Positions 14,733 to 20,000 of a stretch of 20,000 bases of DNA are shown piece by piece. A program made the translations under genes and the position numbers. How positions within the stretch are numbered: the stretch's first letter is position 1; every line of letters starts with the position of its first letter. Under the pieces are notes generated by a model, which worked only from the letters and a program-made list of their open reading frames with translations, did no database searches and was not told where the DNA came from. Source of the stretch: an uncultured virus (IMG/VR IMGVR_UViG_3300028557_002174) (taxonomy: Duplodnaviria; Heunggongvirae; Uroviricota; Caudoviricetes); the IMG/VR virus record IMGVR_UViG_3300028557_002174, positions 57,666 to 77,665 of that record. The stretch is one strand, 5' to 3'.

Positions 14733-15490
14733 AAGTATTTTTTTTCAATTTCGGCAGTTGCGTCCGAAATTAGTTCAGTTAATTCCTCAGGGTCTGAAGT
14801 TACCTCAATAACATAATTGGACACCTTTTTATAATCGTTTAATAATTCAACTTCAAAATCACTTTCATCTAATTTATGTAAGTCATTGTAAATTGAGTTT
14901 GAAATTTCGGGAACAACACCATTTAAATTTTCTCTAAAATAGTTGGCAATCACAGGATTGAAGGTTAGATAAGTTATTGTTGTAAACATAGTTTTGTCGG
15001 GGTTTTCGACTACACCGTCTCCATCACATTCATGACATTGATTATAACCATCTCCATCGCATTCACCACAATCAAGTTCACCTCCACCCTGACACGAGGA
15101 GCAAAGCTCACCATCCACTTCTCCTGTTCCATCACAGTCATCACATTCAACTGTTGAACTACCATCACACATTGAGCAATCATAACGACCATCTCCACCG
15201 CATTCATCACAAGTATCTGAAATTTGGGCTTCGTTTTCGGAACCAAGGATTATTGCGGTAGTATTTTTAACTTTATTAATAATTTGGTCATAAGAATATC
15301 CTTCTCTATGTAGAAATAACATAATTGCAAATTTGGAATCATCATCATTTGTAAATTTCCTAAATCTTCCACCATACTCCCATTCCCACAATTTATTAAT
15401 TTGTACGGTAATAAGGTCAAGTATGTTTGGTATTTGGTCAAACACATAAGAGTATTTCAAAACGTATTGATAAATTTTCTCGTTGGTCAC
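14714..15490 (-). CDS. Protein with six DnaJ-type CxxCxGxG zinc-finger repeats and no J-domain
   Basis: CDECGGDG, CSMCDGSS, CDDCDGTG, CSSCQGGG, CGECDGDG, CHECDGDG; no HPD motif. GTG start with TATTTAT 15 nt upstream. Confidence 0.85.
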   Translation of the reverse strand: MTNEKIYQYVLKYSYVFDQIPNILDLITVQINKLWEWEYGGRFRKFTNDDDSKFAIMLFLHREGYSYDQIINKVKNTTAIILGSENEAQISDTCDECGGDGRYDCSMCDGSSTVECDDCDGTGEVDGELCSSCQGGGELDCGECDGDGYNQCHECDGDGVVENPDKTMFTTITYLTFNPVIANYFRENLNGVVPEISNSIYNDLHKLDESDFEVELLNDYKKVSNYVIEVTSDPEELTELISDATAEIEKKYLWILTA

Positions 15491-15572
15491 AGTCTGACTT
15501 TTAATATAAATACAGTAAAAGTGAATTGATAGTATTTTTTTTCAATATTTGGTATGTATTATTAAAATAAAA

Positions 15573-15878
15573 ATGGAAATAAAAATTACAAACCTTGAAA
15601 TTTTGGAAAGACCAAATGATTTGGAACTCGGAAAATACGTTAGAGAAAAGTATTGGAATGAGCGTGATAACCGTTTGAAAAATTATGACGAACATGTCAA
15701 GTTAGTTACTGATGATTACGGACATGTCGTTGGTATTGAAGAACGTTCTGATGATGAGTATGAAAGTTGTGTTATTTGTGGTAGAAAAACAAGTTATACC
15801 AAAAACACACACGTTGATATGAGAAGGGGTTTTATTGATGGCGTTGGACAAGCTTGTGACGGTTCTTGTAGAATTTAA
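15573..15878 (+). CDS. Hypothetical protein with C-terminal Cys motif (CVIC...GQACDGSC), ~101 aa
   Basis: ATG 15573 after an A-rich leader; putative Zn ribbon. Confidence 0.75.
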   Translation: MEIKITNLEILERPNDLELGKYVREKYWNERDNRLKNYDEHVKLVTDDYGHVVGIEERSDDEYESCVICGRKTSYTKNTHVDMRRGFIDGVGQACDGSCRI

Positions 15879-15886
15879 AAAAAAAG

Positions 15887-15917
15887 TTTGGCGGTTCGGA
15901 TTTTGTGCGTATCTTTG
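15887..15917 (+). promoter_or_regulatory. Bacteroidota-type promoter
   Basis: TTTG (15887-90), N19, TATCTTTG (15910-17). The following TAGTGTTAAA is shared with the 13773 promoter. Confidence 0.75.
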
Positions 15918-15940
15918 TAGTGTTAAAAACAACCACTACT

Positions 15941-16408
15941 ATGACAAACACAATCTCTACCCCGACCAAATCAATCATCAAAGTAACTGAAGGCGTAATG
16001 TCAGGAGACGTATTCTACGGCTCATTTGACACCATCATAGACGGCAAACGTCTGTCGGTTACGGTCTCTAACTTCCTTAAAGACACAGACAAGGAATACG
16101 AATTCCGTGTGGCAGGAAAATGTCAGGCAGGATTCATCACTATCCACGACACCAAAGGAACTCCTCACTCAGTTATTGCTGGTTACAAGAAAGATGCTTT
16201 GATTAACATTCAGGTGAAGGGCGAAAGTGGACATTGGTTCAACGTATTCACTACCAAAGGTGGTAAGTGGAACGGTATTGACAAAGGGTTCTTGGAAGTT
16301 ATGACAGTTGGTGATATGAGAAGTTCTCACCCCAAAATGTGTGATATGAACATTTGGGATTTCATGGGAGCCAAAACTTGGGCAGACAAAGCCTTCACTC
16401 AAAACTAA
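15941..16408 (+). CDS. Hypothetical protein, ~155 aa (probably an early gene)
   Basis: ATG 15941 lies downstream of the promoter, whereas the track start 15905 falls inside it. Followed by a terminator. Confidence 0.82.
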   Translation: MTNTISTPTKSIIKVTEGVMSGDVFYGSFDTIIDGKRLSVTVSNFLKDTDKEYEFRVAGKCQAGFITIHDTKGTPHSVIAGYKKDALINIQVKGESGHWFNVFTTKGGKWNGIDKGFLEVMTVGDMRSSHPKMCDMNIWDFMGAKTWADKAFTQN

Positions 16409-16415
16409 GAGTGAG

Positions 16416-16447
16416 AATCCCCTCTGAAAAAAAGAGGGGATTTTTTT
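16416..16447 (+). terminator. Intrinsic terminator
   Basis: AATCCCCTCT...AGAGGGGATT followed by a T-run. Confidence 0.85.
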
Positions 16448-16451
16448 CTTT

Positions 16452-16486
16452 TTTGCTTGTGGGGATGAAGTTTATTTGTATCTTTG
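16452..16486 (+). promoter_or_regulatory. Bacteroidota-type promoter
   Basis: TATCTTTG (16479-86), with CTTG 19 nt upstream (16456-59) or TTTG 23 nt upstream (16452-55). Confidence 0.65.
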
Positions 16487-16506
16487 TATAACAAATAACA
16501 AACACC

Positions 16507-17250
16507 ATGACAGACACCATCAAAATCACCGAGAAAGTTCGTAACTACCAAGGAAACAACAGTTTTATCAACAAAATGAAAGATTCCCTTGACCAATGGG
16601 GACGTTTAACACCAAAACAAATGGAAGCCGCAGAAAAATGTCTTAACAGTCAACCAACCAAGATTACTGTAGATGAGCGTCCCGAACTCAAACGTATCGT
16701 AGAATACACAGGGGAAAGTAAGTTCGTAAAGGACATCGCCGAGAAGTTCCAAAAGTGGGGAACTTTGACTGACAAACAAATCACAGCAGCAATTGCTCAG
16801 ATTGACAAGGAGGAATACAAAGACAAGGTTCTTAAACTACGTATTCCGACTCCTGGTGAGACTATCTTGATTGGTCGTAAGATTGGTCAACAACTCAAAG
16901 AGACTTACGGTCTTGAGTTTAACCCAACCTTAATTGATATCACCAAGATGTTGGGTATATCACCAAAGGCTGTGAAGTTCCAAGGTAAGATGACGGTAAA
17001 ACGTAGTAAGGTTTGTATGTGTTGTGCTAAAACTTTGACTGATGAGTTCTCAATGTTGACTGGTATGGGTAAGATTTGTTCTAAACACATGAGGGTCCCA
17101 TACATCACCGACAGGTCTCAGGCGGAACAATACCGTGAGGACTACCTCAAAAGAGTGGAAGAGATTGGTTTGATGGAGTTTTGGATTCCAAGGTCACAAA
17201 TCAAAAAGTGGGAGGGTGACAGGAGTATCATGTTGGAAATGTTGTCCTAA
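16507..17250 (+). CDS. Protein with two N-terminal WG.LT.KQ repeats and a C-terminal DUF6011-like Zn finger
   Basis: Repeats NYQGNNSFINKMKDSLDQWGRLTPKQMEAA and EYTGESKFVKDIAEKFQKWGTLTDKQITAA; CMCCAKTLTDEFSMLTGMGKIC. Confidence 0.8.
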   Translation: MTDTIKITEKVRNYQGNNSFINKMKDSLDQWGRLTPKQMEAAEKCLNSQPTKITVDERPELKRIVEYTGESKFVKDIAEKFQKWGTLTDKQITAAIAQIDKEEYKDKVLKLRIPTPGETILIGRKIGQQLKETYGLEFNPTLIDITKMLGISPKAVKFQGKMTVKRSKVCMCCAKTLTDEFSMLTGMGKICSKHMRVPYITDRSQAEQYREDYLKRVEEIGLMEFWIPRSQIKKWEGDRSIMLEMLS

Positions 17251-17255
17251 AGTGT

Positions 17256-17289
17256 AAGGGTCTCTGTAAAAGGAGACCCTTCATTTTTT
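17256..17289. terminator. Intrinsic terminator, possibly bidirectional
   Basis: AAGGGTCTCT-GTAAAA-GGAGACCCTT followed by CATTTTTT. Confidence 0.75.
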
Positions 17290-17361
17290 ATTACGAACTG
17301 CAACACTGAGCATCCCAAGGAGTAGAAAAACCAATATCAGTGGTAATAGTTCCTGTAACAT
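17281..17361 (-). CDS. Putative 26-aa single-pass membrane peptide (not in ORF track)
   Basis: MLQELLPLILVFLLLGMLSVAVRNKK*. TATTTAT lies 4 nt upstream and the stop abuts the hairpin. Confidence 0.55.
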   Translation of the reverse strand: MLQELLPLILVFLLLGMLSVAVRNKK

Positions 17362-17392
17362 TCAAATAAATATTTTTCTTGAAAAAACTCAA

Positions 17393-17424
17393 TTGACTCG
17401 TAGAGTTGTTTACCTATAATTTTA
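17393..17424 (+). promoter_or_regulatory. Putative promoter of the glycosylation cluster
   Basis: TTGACT-N16-TATAAT, overlapping a TAATTTTA variant of the -7 box, just before ATG 17429. Confidence 0.45.
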
Positions 17425-17428
17425 TTGT

Positions 17429-18676
17429 ATGCAAACAAAAAAACCATCGGCAATCGTTTACGGTTGGCACACTTTGGGGGAGATTATATTACATTCAGAC
17501 ATTTACTGGGAGGAACACCTTCATGATGAGGTTGTGATTTATTCTTTACCCTATGAGAATACAGTCATTGAAGATTATACACAGTATAAACCTGACCTAA
17601 TTATTTCTTTTGATGAGAACATTGAAATACCACATTTTCATCTAACGAGATTTCACATTCATTATGATGAACCGTTACCTGATATGGTTTTGGCAAATGT
17701 GATTGTATGTCAGTCTGTTTTCAGAAACACCGAATACATACGTCCACGGTTCTCAGTATTCACTCCAACGTATAAGACAAACGAAAGGATTTACAGAACC
17801 TATGAGAGTATGAAAAAACAAACATTCACCAATTGGGAATGGATTGTGTTGGATGATTCCCCTGATGATGTTACGTGGAATATCCTCAAGAAAATTGCTG
17901 AGAAGGACTACAGGGTAAAACCTCACAAGTTGTATCCAATTACAGGTGGTAACGTTGGTTTGGCAAAACACAGAGCGGCAACACTTGGTGATGGGGATTG
18001 GTTGGTTGAGTTGGACCATGATGATGCATTAACTTCAGAGTGTTTACAAATCTCTCATGATGCCATCCTTCAATACCCCGATGCTGGTTTCCTATACACA
18101 GACGTGACCGAGTGTTACGAGGATGGTGAATTCAAATACTATGACCACGATTGGTCAGGTGATTGGTACGCAAGACACGACAATTACTTTGACTTTGGAT
18201 ATGCAGGTCATACCAAAGTTATGGTTGATGGTGTGGAGAGACTGGCACATTGGTACCCCGATATCAATCCATTGTCCATACGGTTTAACATATCAATGCC
18301 AAACCATGTAAGAATGTGGGAGAGAAAACTATATCATGAGATTGGTGGACATAACAAGTTGACACCTGTTGCTGATGACTTTGAACTTATTGTTCATACA
18401 TTTCTACATACACGAATGATTCACGTCAAAAAAATGTTATACATCCAATATAACAATAAAAATTCAACGGTTGATAACAATGCGACAGACATCAATCGTA
18501 GAGCAAGATTAATCCGAGACCACTATGACAAACGAATTCATGAGAGAATCATTGAGTTGGGTTTTGAAGATTGGAATTGGGATGAAGAACTGGGTCACTC
18601 TCAGAAGTTTCAAAACCGTGGGGGAGTGAGAAAGTATCATAATGAAGAACAAGTAATGAATTACATCTATGAATAA
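17429..18676 (+). CDS. Glycosyltransferase family 2 (GT-A) with ~105-aa N-terminal extension
   Basis: FSVFTPTY...S...QTFTNWEWIVLDDS...ELDHDD (DxD)...IGG...ADDFEL. Confidence 0.92.
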   Translation: MQTKKPSAIVYGWHTLGEIILHSDIYWEEHLHDEVVIYSLPYENTVIEDYTQYKPDLIISFDENIEIPHFHLTRFHIHYDEPLPDMVLANVIVCQSVFRNTEYIRPRFSVFTPTYKTNERIYRTYESMKKQTFTNWEWIVLDDSPDDVTWNILKKIAEKDYRVKPHKLYPITGGNVGLAKHRAATLGDGDWLVELDHDDALTSECLQISHDAILQYPDAGFLYTDVTECYEDGEFKYYDHDWSGDWYARHDNYFDFGYAGHTKVMVDGVERLAHWYPDINPLSIRFNISMPNHVRMWERKLYHEIGGHNKLTPVADDFELIVHTFLHTRMIHVKKMLYIQYNNKNSTVDNNATDINRRARLIRDHYDKRIHERIIELGFEDWNWDEELGHSQKFQNRGGVRKYHNEEQVMNYIYE

Positions 18677-19832
18677 TAACAAGAAAATTAAATTGTGTTT
18701 AAACGCAATGGTTGCCAACGAGGCACCAACAATAACCCGAATGTTAGAAACAGTGTGGAGACACATTGACTATTGGGTTATCCAAGATAACGGTTCAAAA
18801 GACGGAACTCAGGACATTATCCGTAACTTCTTTGCGGAAAAAGGAATCCCTGGTTTACTCTATGAGATTGAATGGCAATATCCAGGTTGGAACCGAGACC
18901 ATACCTTGAAGACATGTCTCCAAACAGACCACGGATGTCAATGGATTTTGAGGATGGACGCTGATGAGATTCTTGAGATTGATGAAGATTTTGATTGGTC
19001 CGTATTGGATGACTTGAGTGTGGATTCTTATAACGTAATTGCACATGCAAACGGTATGAGATACTACCGAACTTGGTTGTGGAATGCTGACCGACCATGG
19101 TTCTTCCAACACGATAAAAGACACGAAACAATCCACTTACCTGAAATCGGTGAAGGGTTTGTTAGAGTTACTCTCCCTGAAGGATTCAGACATGTGGTTC
19201 ACAGTGACGGACAGACTTGGAATGTTCCAAGAAAGTTCTTGAAAGACGCGTTGGAACTTGAGATTGACAAAGTGGTTGGTAATACCGTTAAAGAAGATTT
19301 GTATCACCTTTGGTATGTTGCAAAATCATACTCTGATTGTTGGGGTAAGTCTGACGAACTTCCATTTGGTTTAGACCACTCAAAAGAATTTGCTAGAAGA
19401 TGTATTTTCTACTACGAAAAGTTCATGGAGTATTCTCACAACTATTATGTTACTGGTAGACCTGCAAGAATTGATGAGATGGCTTACTTCGCATTTATCT
19501 TGATGGGTCAGGCTTGGGAAGTAATTGGTGACTTGGAAAAAGCTGAAAAGTGTTTTCATCAGGCAGAGGCGTTCGCTCCAATAAGAAACGAACACTTACT
19601 CTACCTGTGTTTCTTCTTGGAAACTCAAAGAAGATACGATGAAATCTATGGATACTTACAAATTATGATGGGACAAGAAAGAGTGAATCCATTCCCTCAG
19701 ATGTGTTTCTTGATTGAAGACCGTTGTTACCATAACACATCAAATTTCTTACAAGAGTGGTCAGATAAACTCAAACGTAGAATTGAGGAACCAGTATTAA
19801 GTTCTGACGGTGTTGAATTTGATTTCGAATAG
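18669..19832 (+). CDS. GT2-like glycosyltransferase with C-terminal TPR-like helices
   Basis: LCLNAMVANE...I.RML...DNGSKDGT...R...WILRMDADE...HE; C-terminal AFILMGQAWEVIGDLEKAEKCFHQAEAFAPIRNE. Confidence 0.88.
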   Translation: MNNNKKIKLCLNAMVANEAPTITRMLETVWRHIDYWVIQDNGSKDGTQDIIRNFFAEKGIPGLLYEIEWQYPGWNRDHTLKTCLQTDHGCQWILRMDADEILEIDEDFDWSVLDDLSVDSYNVIAHANGMRYYRTWLWNADRPWFFQHDKRHETIHLPEIGEGFVRVTLPEGFRHVVHSDGQTWNVPRKFLKDALELEIDKVVGNTVKEDLYHLWYVAKSYSDCWGKSDELPFGLDHSKEFARRCIFYYEKFMEYSHNYYVTGRPARIDEMAYFAFILMGQAWEVIGDLEKAEKCFHQAEAFAPIRNEHLLYLCFFLETQRRYDEIYGYLQIMMGQERVNPFPQMCFLIEDRCYHNTSNFLQEWSDKLKRRIEEPVLSSDGVEFDFE

Positions 19833-20000
19833 CAAATATGATTACCTAATCGTAGGCGCAGGACTCTTCGGAGCAACCTGTGCCTACGAGTTGGGTAAAA
19901 ATCATAGAGTACTTGTAATAGATAAAAGAAGTCACATTGGGGGTAACTGTTATACCGAAGATGTTGACGGAATTCATGTTCACCGATACGGTGCACACAT
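19819..20000 (+). CDS. glf: UDP-galactopyranose mutase, N-terminal fragment (not in ORF track)
   Basis: KYDYLIVGAGLFGATCAYELGKNHRVLVIDKRSHIGGNCYTEDVDGIHVHRYGAH matches the Glf N-terminus. There is no in-frame ATG after TAA 19798, so the start is TTG 19819/19813 or GTG 19810. Confidence 0.92.
   Translation, partial: MISNSKYDYLIVGAGLFGATCAYELGKNHRVLVIDKRSHIGGNCYTEDVDGIHVHRYGAH

Noticed and set aside
14714..15490. dnaJ chaperone
   Set aside because: Only the Cys repeats are present; the J-domain HPD motif and G/F region are absent.
2933..19996. Short nested or antisense track ORFs (e.g. 2933, 3626, 4761, 6678, 9350, 10889, 11235, 11893, 13291, 14270, 15010, 15250, 15501, 15702, 16169, 16405, 16905, 17753, 18123, 18509, 18817, 18855, 19380, 19727)
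   Set aside because: They overlap better-supported genes or regulatory elements and show no motifs or expression signals.
1..20000. Stop-codon reassignment, as in some large Bacteroidota phages
   Set aside because: Genes are full length and densely packed under code 11, and TAA, TGA and TAG all occur at plausible gene ends.

Overview
This AT-rich, gene-dense window is most likely from a large tailed phage of a Bacteroidota host. Six Bacteroidota-type TTTG-N19/20-TAnnTTTG promoters are present, and no clear Shine-Dalgarno sites were seen. It opens with the 3' part of a long, Pro-poor Gly-X-Gln collagen-like fibre gene ending in a peptidase S74 chaperone; the ORF track missed this gene (true frame +1, <1..2508). 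Next come acidic hypothetical proteins, a free-standing GIY-YIG endonuclease, small overlapping genes (including DUF3310) and an orphan N4/N6 DNA methyltransferase. A four-gene operon follows (pre-toxin-TG-like, ferritin/Dps-like, peptidoglycan-binding, DHH phosphoesterase); three of its products share a capsid-targeting-like N-terminal leader. A divergent DUF192/Nudix pair is followed by a structured non-coding region, an HNH endonuclease and a degenerate tRNA(CAT). The window ends with Zn-finger proteins and the start of a glycosylation cluster (GT2, GT2-TPR, glf). I also found three small ORFs absent from the track (48, 50 and 26 aa) and a recurrent sense-strand TATTTAT motif before many starts. 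Family calls rest on motifs recognised by eye; no searches were run.
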